A stretch of DNA of 31,035 nt from positions 1 through 31,035 of IMG/VR virus record IMGVR_UViG_3300034418_000868. One strand, given 5' to 3'. Shown in pieces: positions 18,601-26,085 of the stretch. The notes beneath the pieces were generated by a model. The model had not been told where the DNA came from, made no database searches, and was given only the letters and a program-made list of their open reading frames with translations. The DNA comes from a virus (lineage: Duplodnaviria; Caudoviricetes). Numbering within the stretch: the first letter of the stretch is position 1; each line of letters opens with the position of its first letter. Position numbers and translations under genes: made by a program.

Positions 18601-20017
18601 TCTTCCATCCCGCAAAGTTGATAGTCACTGGCTTCACAGTGCTTACTTTAGGGCTGTGCATCGACATCATAAGAGCATCGCCCATGTTCGGTGAAGGTAT
18701 CGAGTACGGCTTCTTCGCCATCTCTACCTTGCTAAGAATCTGGATTTTACCACTATTTGCCCGTTTTAGTGGGATTCTGCACACCTCAGAGCGTAATTGT
18801 TCAAGGTTGTCAATCTCAGATGACAGGCTTATAAGCTCCTCTGGGTTGATGTACTGGCCCTTCTCAACCGCCCGGTACGTTGCCTCAAACCTGTCCCGCA
18901 AAGTCCACCACATCTGGGCTCGCTTGTTGAAGAAGGTCTCCCGGTTGGTCTTAGCCCTCTGGCTTCCTCCCAGCGTATAAGGCATCTCTGGGTCATATGG
19001 AGACTCGGAGCCCTTAAACATATGGTATTCGATCTTCTTACCATCGAGCGCCTGATCTACCTGGCGCTTGAGACTTATCCCCAAGCCATCACAGTCCCAG
19101 ATGAAATGGTCTGCCTGAGCTGATATGGCCTTCTCCAGAGCCCAGTCCATACCCTCGTTGGAATCACCTGTTACCTTTTCGCACACATCCAGGATTACGT
19201 TGCCGTGGCGCAGCGCGTAGCCTTTACTGTCACCGCCCTCGTCCGATGGATCGTGAGACGCGATCAGAGAGCCCTCTGGCTTCCACCCGAGCTTGGTGTG
19301 GGCGTCGATAGCGGCATCAAACCAGTCAGGCTCAATGATACTGTCCTGCACCGTATCAAGGTGCTTACCCTCCCAGATGTGCTCGTACATAGCTCTGGGC
19401 AGGTTCTGCCTATCATGCACCCGCTCCTGTTCTAGTGGGGTCTTCACGAACCACGGGTTATCCTCGTAGTTCATTCGGATCACCAGGTGCATATCGTCTT
19501 CATATATGCCGTCCCGGTTGAGCTGCTTCTCGAAAGGCTTAATGAATCGCTCGGAGAATGCGTCAGTGCTAGACCGGGGATTGCCTGACAGCCATATCTG
19601 ACTGCCCTGCTCCCGGAGAGTAGGAGTTAGAGCCTTGAGGCTTTCAAAGGATATTGTCTGTGCCTCTTCAACCCAGAACAGATTGAAGCCGAACATTGAC
19701 TTAACGGCCTCTACGTTGCGAGCCAAGCCCCTGAATTTGAAGGCTACCTCACCGTTGAAGAGTATCTGGTTGTTCTGAACCTCGAAGTCCTCAAGCCCAT
19801 AAGAGCCTATCTGAGACGCTAGGAGGCTGTGTACTGAGTCATCTATGCTGTTCTGAAACTCTCTAAAGGCTCCGATCTTCTGGCCCTTGAGAGCTTTCAG
19901 GAGGCTCAGGGAACCAAGCCCGTAACTCTTGCCACTCCCGCGGCCGCCGTATACAACAACAAACCGCTGCTTGGCGGTTAGTATTGGCAGTAGCTTAGGT
20001 GCAATCTGTAGATTCAT
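18587..20017 (-). CDS. terL: Terminase large subunit (PBSX/Sf6-type)
   Basis: Walker A YGGRGSGKS, Walker B WVEEAQ, LTPTLR, NP coupling motif, nuclease motifs DPSDEGGD and SPNMGDAL. Confidence 0.96.
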   Translation of the reverse strand: MNLQIAPKLLPILTAKQRFVVVYGGRGSGKSYGLGSLSLLKALKGQKIGAFREFQNSIDDSVHSLLASQIGSYGLEDFEVQNNQILFNGEVAFKFRGLARNVEAVKSMFGFNLFWVEEAQTISFESLKALTPTLREQGSQIWLSGNPRSSTDAFSERFIKPFEKQLNRDGIYEDDMHLVIRMNYEDNPWFVKTPLEQERVHDRQNLPRAMYEHIWEGKHLDTVQDSIIEPDWFDAAIDAHTKLGWKPEGSLIASHDPSDEGGDSKGYALRHGNVILDVCEKVTGDSNEGMDWALEKAISAQADHFIWDCDGLGISLKRQVDQALDGKKIEYHMFKGSESPYDPEMPYTLGGSQRAKTNRETFFNKRAQMWWTLRDRFEATYRAVEKGQYINPEELISLSSEIDNLEQLRSEVCRIPLKRANSGKIQILSKVEMAKKPYSIPSPNMGDALMMSMHSPKVSTVKPVTINFAGWKNGRI

Positions 20018-20190
20018 TCAATCTCTATTGATGACTTCCGAATTCGTATAGCTCGACTTTGCGCCTCGGCCTTATCCTTAGTGTTGTGGCCGCCGCCATC
20101 AATCGCTGTGCCCTTGTCGTTTTTTGCTATAGTCCCATCAGGCTCTACCAGCCTGTACCTCTTGCCTATACGCTTCACGCTAATCGGCAT
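20014..20190 (-). CDS. Small basic hypothetical protein (58 aa) between TerS and TerL
   Basis: Read by hand: MPISVKRIGKRYRLVEPDGTIAKNDKGTAIDGGGHNTKDKAEAQSRAIRIRKSSIEIE*. GGAG SD; its TGA overlaps the TerL ATG. Confidence 0.75.
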   Translation of the reverse strand: MPISVKRIGKRYRLVEPDGTIAKNDKGTAIDGGGHNTKDKAEAQSRAIRIRKSSIEIE

Positions 20191-20557
20191 CTAAGTCTCC
20201 CGGGTTAACCACCTCGATGGTTACATGGTAGTCCTTCTCAATTGGCCTACCCTCTGGCCCTGAGATCTCCTGACGACTCTTCTCTGTCCAACCCATCCTC
20301 TGTGACAACCAGAGCTTCATGCTTGCATGATCGCCCTCCAGAGCCTTGTCGTAGAGCTTCTCAACCATAATTATCCCGGCTCTGGTCAATCCGCGCTTGT
20401 AACTATCAGAAACGCGCTTATCCCGCTTCATGATTTCCTTTAACGTATTGACGCTAATACAGAAATAATCAGCGAGCTGCTGCTGTGTTAATGATGGAGC
20501 AAGCCTTTCAACCTCAGCGATCTCTTCCTCTGTGAATACCCTCTCTGGCCTAGCCAT
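20180..20557 (-). CDS. terS: Terminase small subunit
   Basis: MARP start, HTH (TQQQLADYFCISVNTL), LYDKALEGD..SMKLWL, EISGPEGRPI tail; upstream of TerL. Confidence 0.8.
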   Translation of the reverse strand: MARPERVFTEEEIAEVERLAPSLTQQQLADYFCISVNTLKEIMKRDKRVSDSYKRGLTRAGIIMVEKLYDKALEGDHASMKLWLSQRMGWTEKSRQEISGPEGRPIEKDYHVTIEVVNPGDLDAD

Positions 20558-20846
20558 CTTGCTTCTCCGCTTGAATATCCATCATGACATCAATAGCTTT
20601 GGCTAAGAATATACGCGATTCTCTGCCTAAGTTGGGGAAGTCTTGGATAATCTTCCCAACCCATTCCACACTCCAGCTTCCTATGTTAAAGCGATCTTTC
20701 ATGTTATGGCACATAACACAGCTATCCACCATATCTTTACCTCCTAGCCTGTGGGGCACAGGGAAGTGATCTCGCTCAATACGTTGTTTTATATCACCAG
20801 ACTCAAGTGTCGCATCGCAATAAAAACATGACCTGAATTCAGCCAT
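20550..20846 (-). CDS. HNH endonuclease-like protein
   Basis: CFYC...ERDHFPVP...GG...SCVMCHNMK. Likely start at 20846 or 20852 rather than 20942. Confidence 0.75.
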   Translation of the reverse strand: MAEFRSCFYCDATLESGDIKQRIERDHFPVPHRLGGKDMVDSCVMCHNMKDRFNIGSWSVEWVGKIIQDFPNLGRESRIFLAKAIDVMMDIQAEKQDG

Positions 20847-20991
20847 TTTCATTCCTTCCGCAGTAATCGGCGCCCGCTGGTATGCCAACATAGTCATGCC
20901 CGGTTGCCTCCCAATCCCATCTCTGGGCGCATAGGCTGTCAACCGCGCAGCCGGGAAGTATTATAGCAAACATCAGCAGTATCTTGTGCAT
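20839..20991 (-). CDS. Small lipoprotein (50 aa)
   Basis: Read by hand: MHKILLMFAIILPGCAVDSLCAQRWDWEATGHDYVGIPAGADYCGRNENG*. GGAG SD; lipobox-like LPG|C. Confidence 0.7.
   Translation of the reverse strand: MHKILLMFAIILPGCAVDSLCAQRWDWEATGHDYVGIPAGADYCGRNENG
20960..20968 (-). promoter_or_regulatory. Possible extended -10 (TGC-TATAAT) for the packaging operon
   Basis: Perfect -10 with TG motif, but no correctly spaced -35, and it lies inside the lipoprotein ORF. Confidence 0.3.
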
Positions 20992-20992
20992 A

Positions 20993-21175
20993 TCAGCTCC
21001 TTGACCTGCCGTAGTAGTTCACCCATTGCCTGACTGTGGACTCAGGTATGCCCAGGACAGTGGATATCTCTTTGACGGGCTCTCCAAAGTCGTGATGCTC
21101 CATCCTGACAGCCTTGACTAGCCAGTCCGGGTACTTCTTACCCTTGCCGTGTTTCTCGCCGTATGGTGCGCTCAT
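20993..21175 (-). CDS. Small HTH DNA-binding protein
   Basis: GEKHGKGK..., then PVKEISTVLGIPESTVRQWV (HTH). Confidence 0.75.
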   Translation of the reverse strand: MSAPYGEKHGKGKKYPDWLVKAVRMEHHDFGEPVKEISTVLGIPESTVRQWVNYYGRSRS

Positions 21176-21558
21176 AACCCCTTGCTCTCTCTTATTTGAT
21201 TTCTTTTCATTGCCAATTTGTATCTGCTGAATTCATTGGCCCGGATCACATCACCTCTAGCCTTCGCGCTTTCATAAATCAGGCAGTAGGTTTCGTCTTC
21301 ATCCTTTGTCTTCTTGAGCAACCAGTCCGGGTCATGCGGTAGCTCATCGCTGAACAGGACTCCCGGCTTTAACCCTAGCTCCTGTACTACGTCCAGCCCG
21401 CTTGCCCCGCAGGCAAAGCAATGAACAAGCACCTTGCCGTCCTTCTCGGTCAAGCTAAGACTTGGATCTTTATCCTCACCGTGAATAGGACAGCTAGCCC
21501 TGTAGCTAGAGCCGTGCTGCCTTACTCGGTTTAAGTGCGGGAGTATCTCAGCTAGCAC
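21172..21558 (-). CDS. Stand-alone CHC2 (primase-type) zinc-finger protein
   Basis: CPIHGEDKDPSLS...LVHCFACGA; only 128 aa, no TOPRIM or AEP domain. Confidence 0.85.
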   Translation of the reverse strand: MLAEILPHLNRVRQHGSSYRASCPIHGEDKDPSLSLTEKDGKVLVHCFACGASGLDVVQELGLKPGVLFSDELPHDPDWLLKKTKDEDETYCLIYESAKARGDVIRANEFSRYKLAMKRNQIRESKGL

Positions 21559-23023
21559 GGGCTGGCCTCTTGGCAGCGCGTATCTGTGCGTAAGTGATAA
21601 AGTTCATCACATCCTTTGACTTGCAGACCTCTGGTGTCCGATCAAGCCCAACGGGCCAAACCCCAAACTTCTCACGATATTTATGGGATGCCCAGCCGGG
21701 ATTGAAGCCCTTGCGGTGACAATAGTCCATAAGCTCACTGATCCAGCGCTGCTTCATCTGCTTCATGGTTTCACCGTCTGCCAAGACCAGCTTCGTTCCA
21801 TCGTCTTTGAGCATCTTCGTTTCTGCAGGCAAGATATATCCACAATCACACCTGCGACCTTGAAACGCTGCGGTGCACTGTGGGCAGGTATGGGTGATTG
21901 GTTCCTTTTCTTCCTTCTTGACCTGCTCGGTCTCTTTAAATCGCTTCTCGCCGTCATCCAGAGAGTCTGGCACTATATCTTCCGCAAAGCCATGCAGGCT
22001 CACGTTACCCGCGTGATCAAGATAGGTAGCCTTCTCCTTGCCCGCCGCGGCCCTGAGAATCCGTCCAGCCCGCTGTTGGTAAGCAATTATGGACTTACAC
22101 GGAAAACAGTCGATTAAGATTTCACAACCCGGGTCATCCCAACCTACACCCAGGAGCCGACTACAGGACAGCACTTTATAATCTCCCCGCTCAAAGTCCC
22201 GGTAGAGCATCTCACGCTCTTCTTGTGGCGTGTAGCCATCTATGTGCGCCGCTGGTATCCCAGCAGCGTTGAATTGCTCAACAAGGTTCTTGCTATAGGC
22301 TATGTTTGGTGCGAATGCTACAGCCCTGCGTGTAAGGTTGTTACTGTGGTCACGGTAGTTATCAACAATACTCCCGGTGAGCTCGATGTCATCTGACATT
22401 CGATTACCCAGTTCCTCCGGGTCATAGTCACTGCCGCCAGTTGTAAGTGCCTTGGTCTTGATACCCTTCGTATCTACACTTCTGCCGACATAATATTCAC
22501 ACTTAGCAAGCCAGCCTTGCTCTTGCAGCTGCCTGGTAGTGATAGGAACAACAATATCATCGAATATCTTTCCCAATGCTTTACTGAAAGGTGTGGCCGT
22601 TAAGCCAATTACAGGGACCGCATTCCATTGCTGTAGCTTCTCCGCAAGTGACTTGTAGATGACATGAGCCTCATCAATAATTATTAGATCAGAATCAGGC
22701 CAATCTTTGCGCTTAACCAAAGTTTGGACCGAGGCAATTTGGATGGGTGCTTTATAACCATCTGACAAGTAATGCTGCGCTTGTATCACACCAAACTCAA
22801 GTCCATGCTCTGCGTAAGCCTCAATAGACTGCTCGACCAACTTGATCCGGTCACAGACAAACAGGACTCTCTTGCCCTTCTCAACCGCAGACTTGGCGAT
22901 CGCCGCTGCTGTTATCGTCTTCCCAAAGCCGCAGGGAGCCGCCAGTATTACCCGGCGGTTACCCTGAGACATTGAGTCCCGAACCATCTGTATAGCCCGG
23001 ACTTGATGCTCTCTTAAATCCAT
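21548..23023 (-). CDS. Superfamily 2 (DExH) helicase with C-terminal zinc ribbon
   Basis: APCGFGKT, IIIDEAH, GLTATP, QRAGRILR, LDHAGN, CPQC..CDCG. Start moved from 23080 to ATG 23023. Confidence 0.93.
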   Translation of the reverse strand: MDLREHQVRAIQMVRDSMSQGNRRVILAAPCGFGKTITAAAIAKSAVEKGKRVLFVCDRIKLVEQSIEAYAEHGLEFGVIQAQHYLSDGYKAPIQIASVQTLVKRKDWPDSDLIIIDEAHVIYKSLAEKLQQWNAVPVIGLTATPFSKALGKIFDDIVVPITTRQLQEQGWLAKCEYYVGRSVDTKGIKTKALTTGGSDYDPEELGNRMSDDIELTGSIVDNYRDHSNNLTRRAVAFAPNIAYSKNLVEQFNAAGIPAAHIDGYTPQEEREMLYRDFERGDYKVLSCSRLLGVGWDDPGCEILIDCFPCKSIIAYQQRAGRILRAAAGKEKATYLDHAGNVSLHGFAEDIVPDSLDDGEKRFKETEQVKKEEKEPITHTCPQCTAAFQGRRCDCGYILPAETKMLKDDGTKLVLADGETMKQMKQRWISELMDYCHRKGFNPGWASHKYREKFGVWPVGLDRTPEVCKSKDVMNFITYAQIRAAKRPARAS

Positions 23024-23106
23024 ATCAACACCATTAACATGAAAGAAAGCATTATTGTGTGGGCGCCCATCAGTGCCCAAAATTCTATGTTTTTATTGTG
23101 CCTCAT
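23014..23106 (-). CDS. Small membrane peptide (30 aa)
   Basis: MRHNKNIEFWALMGAHTIMLSFMLMVLIWI*; GGGGG SD; its stop overlaps the helicase start. Confidence 0.55.
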   Translation of the reverse strand: MRHNKNIEFWALMGAHTIMLSFMLMVLIWI

Positions 23107-23155
23107 CGTACCCCCGGACAATTCTTGTGATTTTATTTGGACTTTTGTCCGTGAC

Positions 23156-23251
23156 TTAGACGGACCAGCCTGCTAGCACGATCACCATCATTAAAGTGGC
23201 AATCGCGCAGCTTCCAATAAATGCCGCAAATTCATAAAAACGCCCCACCAC
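23156..23251 (-). CDS. Small membrane peptide (~31 aa)
   Basis: GTG-started (M)VGRFYEFAAFIGSCAIATLMMVIVLAGWSV*, directly after the upstream TGA and in the same frame. Confidence 0.4.
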   Translation of the reverse strand: MVGRFYEFAAFIGSCAIATLMMVIVLAGWSV

Positions 23252-23512
23252 TCATTGTTCTACCTGCAATACCTCTGCCGCCATCTTTAAAGCCTTTTGA
23301 AGCTCCTCTCCTGTTACGTTGTCGTCCGGGTCATCCAGCCGATCATGCAAGTCGAGCAAAAGACGAGCCTTCTGCCTGTTCTCAGTGCTTCCCTGTAGGG
23401 CTGAGAGGCAACCTCTAAGTAGGTCAGTGTTGCGAACTGGCCTACACCCGGGCATTTCGTCAAACCGTATTCGTTCTTCTAGTCTTTTCACCAACTCTTT
23501 ATGCCCGCTCAT
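23252..23512 (-). CDS. Hypothetical protein
   Basis: Start moved to ATG 23512 (GGGAG SD, ATGA overlap with the HNH stop). Confidence 0.65.
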   Translation of the reverse strand: MSGHKELVKRLEERIRFDEMPGCRPVRNTDLLRGCLSALQGSTENRQKARLLLDLHDRLDDPDDNVTGEELQKALKMAAEVLQVEQ

Positions 23513-24009
23513 TGCTGTCTCCCGTGATTGGGGTGGAATCCGTATCTTTTTTCTGCTGATTTTCTGGCACAACAGGCTTCAAAAAAGTTATCAAAATAAC
23601 CAAGGTTTTCAAGTTTGGTCGCGCTTGTGATTCTGGAATGCCACTTTCCTGCAGCCTTATTCCAACAAACGCCTGTGACTCCGCTGGCGTTATCAAAGTG
23701 TCTTTTGGTGTTTCTTTGGTTTTCTCGGTGGTCAACCTCTCTGAAGTTATCAAGACGGTTATCATCTTTAACGCCGTTTATGTGGTCAATTTGGTCTAGT
23801 GGAAATTTACCATGCACATAAAGCCATGCTAGGCGATGCTCAAGATAGAACTTCTGGTTGATTTTTATCTTGCGATAACCATCTTTTCGCCTGCTTCCAG
23901 CAACGGCACCAGCGGTAACGCTTCCTCTGGACTCCAGCCAAGTAAAAACTCCAGTCTCTGGGTCGTAATCCAAAAGCTCTTTGAGTCGTTCTTGGGTTAA
24001 ATTACTCAT
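23509..24009 (-). CDS. HNH homing endonuclease with AP2-like C-terminal domain
   Basis: LTQERLKELLDYDPETGVFTW, HRLAWLYVHG, IDHINGVKDDNRLDN, NASGVTGVCW; GGAGG SD before ATG 24009. Confidence 0.93.
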   Translation of the reverse strand: MSNLTQERLKELLDYDPETGVFTWLESRGSVTAGAVAGSRRKDGYRKIKINQKFYLEHRLAWLYVHGKFPLDQIDHINGVKDDNRLDNFREVDHRENQRNTKRHFDNASGVTGVCWNKAAGKWHSRITSATKLENLGYFDNFFEACCARKSAEKRYGFHPNHGRQQ

Positions 24010-24178
24010 GCTCATCCTCCAGTGCTGCAAGTGCCATGTCGCCGCACCCCATTGATGGTTAAGATATATCTAGCTCTTAATCGTTAATCTGATCTATAGA
24101 AAGGACACAATGGCCCTATATGGGCCATAGAAAGCTCATTGCTTTATCTTCAGTGCCTCTACCGCCTCAAGGCAGCAA

Positions 24179-24262
24179 TTAGATACATATTGCCCCCAGC
24201 AAAAGCAACCACATTCCAACCCAGATAGCGCAGGTCGCTACACCATAGAAAAATTCTTTCAT
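24179..24262 (-). CDS. Small membrane peptide (27 aa)
   Basis: MKEFFYGVATCAIWVGMWLLLLGAICI*; GAGG SD, ATGA overlap with the upstream stop. Confidence 0.6.
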   Translation of the reverse strand: MKEFFYGVATCAIWVGMWLLLLGAICI

Positions 24263-24615
24263 CGATAAATCCTCGCCTCAACCATCGGAACGCATTGGTT
24301 ATCCCATTCGCCCCAGGCGTCACCCTCGTAACCGTCGATGTAACCCCTGGCATACTCTCTGAGCAGGTGATTGCTGCGCTTGCGGTACTTTTTCTCTAAT
24401 AATTCGATCTCTTCACCCTTTGCCCAAAGCATCCGTACAGCTATATCAGCTAACTGATCATCGCCATCATGAGCGTCATTAACAATTACACTCGCAGATT
24501 CGTCCTCAACGAGCGCCTCAATAACAAGATTTAGCACTCGCTCTGTAGGATCCCACTCGCCAAACCGGATGCAAGAATCAAGGTTATCCATCACAATGTT
24601 ATATATGCTCTTCAT
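24259..24615 (-). CDS. Hypothetical protein
   Basis: 118 aa; AGGAGGATGAGG SD region, coupled to neighbours. Confidence 0.75.
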   Translation of the reverse strand: MKSIYNIVMDNLDSCIRFGEWDPTERVLNLVIEALVEDESASVIVNDAHDGDDQLADIAVRMLWAKGEEIELLEKKYRKRSNHLLREYARGYIDGYEGDAWGEWDNQCVPMVEARIYR

Positions 24616-24830
24616 GCCTCATCCTCCTGCAGCATTTGATCAATTTGTTGGCGAAGATCTATCAGTGCGTTACTGACCATCAGTTTTTTGGCTTGATCAT
24701 CGTCACCGTAGCCGCCAAAGAATGTATTTACCTCTATTGATCCATCGTCTGATTCTAAAGAGAACTCTATCCAGTTATCGCTTCGCTCCAAGTTAATATT
24801 AATAGTTCGATGCAGGTTTAAATTTGTCAT
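24612..24830 (-). CDS. Hypothetical acidic protein
   Basis: 72 aa; CGGAGAATAAAATG start context. Confidence 0.75.
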   Translation of the reverse strand: MTNLNLHRTININLERSDNWIEFSLESDDGSIEVNTFFGGYGDDDQAKKLMVSNALIDLRQQIDQMLQEDEA

Positions 24831-24853
24831 TTTATTCTCCGATTGAGTTATGT

Positions 24854-24884
24854 TTCTACTGCCAAACCCGCAGTTAAGCGGGTT
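24854..24884 (-). repeat. 31-bp intergenic repeat, copy 2 (hairpin + TGGCAGTAGAA)
   Basis: Identical to 25238-25268; minus strand AACCCGC-TTAACT-GCGGGTT-TGGCAGTAGAA. Confidence 0.95.
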
Positions 24885-24911
24885 CTGGTGCAGTGTGAAT
24901 ATCTAGCTGGT

Positions 24912-25205
24912 TTACCTTTTAACCCAAACACCTTTCTTTACGAATCCGCTAACACCAGTTCCAACATGTATTAGTTTGTGGGTCTGATTTTTTTTCTCCC
25001 AGTAAGCGGCTTTATCAGCTTGTGCTGACTGCAAAAGTTCCTTGGCTGTGGCTTCTTTGCCTCTCAGAAAGAAAGTAATTTCGTAGTCATCAATCTTTTT
25101 ATGTTTTAAGCAAAAAGAGATCAACTTAGTAACTTCTTCAAAATCAGATGGTCTGTATTTGAAGTGTCTATCTTGTTTCTCGCTGATTATTTCGTACTTG
25201 TACAT
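24912..25205 (-). CDS. Hypothetical protein
   Basis: 97 aa; CGGAGAAAAACGAATG start context. Confidence 0.75.
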   Translation of the reverse strand: MYKYEIISEKQDRHFKYRPSDFEEVTKLISFCLKHKKIDDYEITFFLRGKEATAKELLQSAQADKAAYWEKKNQTHKLIHVGTGVSGFVKKGVWVKR

Positions 25206-25237
25206 TCGTTTTTCTCCGGTTGTTAATTTGATTGTGC

Positions 25238-25268
25238 TTCTACTGCCAAACCCGCAGTTAAGCGGGTT
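25238..25268 (-). repeat. 31-bp intergenic repeat, copy 1
   Basis: Identical to 24854-24884. Confidence 0.95.
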
Positions 25269-25290
25269 GGTAGATTTTTTGAGTTAAGAC

Positions 25291-25455
25291 CTAAGCCTCA
25301 ACCCAAGATGGATATTCTCTACCTCTAAAATCAACGTAGTAATTGTGAAGGATTTCTTTCACCTCACTTTCCGTAAAACCTGAAATAGCAGATAGGTTTT
25401 TGATGTTGAGATCACTGTTGTTGAAGTGAATTTCTAAAATCTGCTCGTTGCTCAT
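25291..25455 (-). CDS. Small HTH-like protein
   Basis: Start moved to ATG 25455 (CGGAGAAAAACGAATG); IKNLSAISGFTESEVKEIL is HTH-like. Confidence 0.7.
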   Translation of the reverse strand: MSNEQILEIHFNNSDLNIKNLSAISGFTESEVKEILHNYYVDFRGREYPSWVEA

Positions 25456-25502
25456 TCGTTTTTCTCCGTTTGTGAGCAGCACCGCGCCGCTCTATGGTTC
25501 CC

Positions 25503-25530
25503 ATTTTACGGATGTGAACATTGGTGTCAA
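25503..25530 (-). promoter_or_regulatory. Strong sigma70-type early promoter
   Basis: TTGACA-16 bp-TAAAAT with an AT-rich upstream element, followed by a leader hairpin GAGCGGC-GCGGT-GCTGCTC. Confidence 0.75.
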
Positions 25531-25544
25531 CAATTTCACAACAT

Positions 25545-25697
25545 TTATTTTACATTTCTTTCTCGGAGTATGGCTTTGTCCCACGCCTTACACTCAGGGC
25601 AGTACCATCCCTGCCTAAATGGCTGGTCTTTATCATCAAATCCAATGACTTGCTGCATCTCTAATCCGCATTTACACGGTTTTGCTAATTCATTCAT
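25545..25697 (-). CDS. Small zinc-ribbon protein (50 aa)
   Basis: Read by hand: MNELAKPCKCGLEMQQVIGFDDKDQPFRQGWYCPECKAWDKAILRERNVK*; AAGGA SD. Confidence 0.75.
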   Translation of the reverse strand: MNELAKPCKCGLEMQQVIGFDDKDQPFRQGWYCPECKAWDKAILRERNVK

Positions 25698-25719
25698 ATA
25701 TATCCTTATTATGCTGCTG

Positions 25720-26025
25720 TTAGGAGCCGGAGAGATTACAGGGCAATACTCACCCTAGCCGAGACCGAAGCCCCGGTTTAGTGATATGCCGCCGTCAATC
25801 GCCATCGAAGACAGGGGAAGGGCCAGAGGTAGGTCTGCCCTTCTCAGTAGATTACGGCCCGTACACGCCGCCTGAGAGCGTTCTACTGCGCTAAATGTGC
25901 GTACTGCCGAAGGTTATCCCACTCGGAGCGCGTATCTAGCCACTCATAACGCTGATGACAGGGCTTTCTCAGTTTCCCTCAGATTTTACATGCCGGGAGA
26001 CGCCGGAGCGGACCAACGCATGTGC
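25720..26025 (-). ncRNA. Candidate large structured ncRNA
   Basis: No long ORF; several stems use G-U pairs on the minus strand, including CCGGGGC-TTCG-GTCTCGG. Boundaries approximate. Confidence 0.5.
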
Positions 26026-26085
26026 CTGCCAGTTTGAGAAAGTAGGGAGAGGTGTTACAATACTACCCAGTCGGGCAGTTGACAT
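25969..26085 (-). CDS. Putative 38-aa leader peptide
   Basis: AAGGGGGA SD then ATG; MSTARLGSIVTPLPTFSNWQAHALVRSGVSRHVKSEGN*. Confidence 0.4.
   Translation of the reverse strand: MSTARLGSIVTPLPTFSNWQAHALVRSGVSRHVKSEGN
26034..26061 (+). promoter_or_regulatory. Antisense promoter
   Basis: TTGAGA-16 bp-TACAAT with TG-N extension; the only plus-strand promoter noticed. Confidence 0.5.

Noticed and set aside
24854-25268. Palindromic 31-bp repeat as a CRISPR array or integron attC site
   Set aside because: Only two copies, separated by a whole gene; no cas or integrase gene, and no attC-type core-site architecture.
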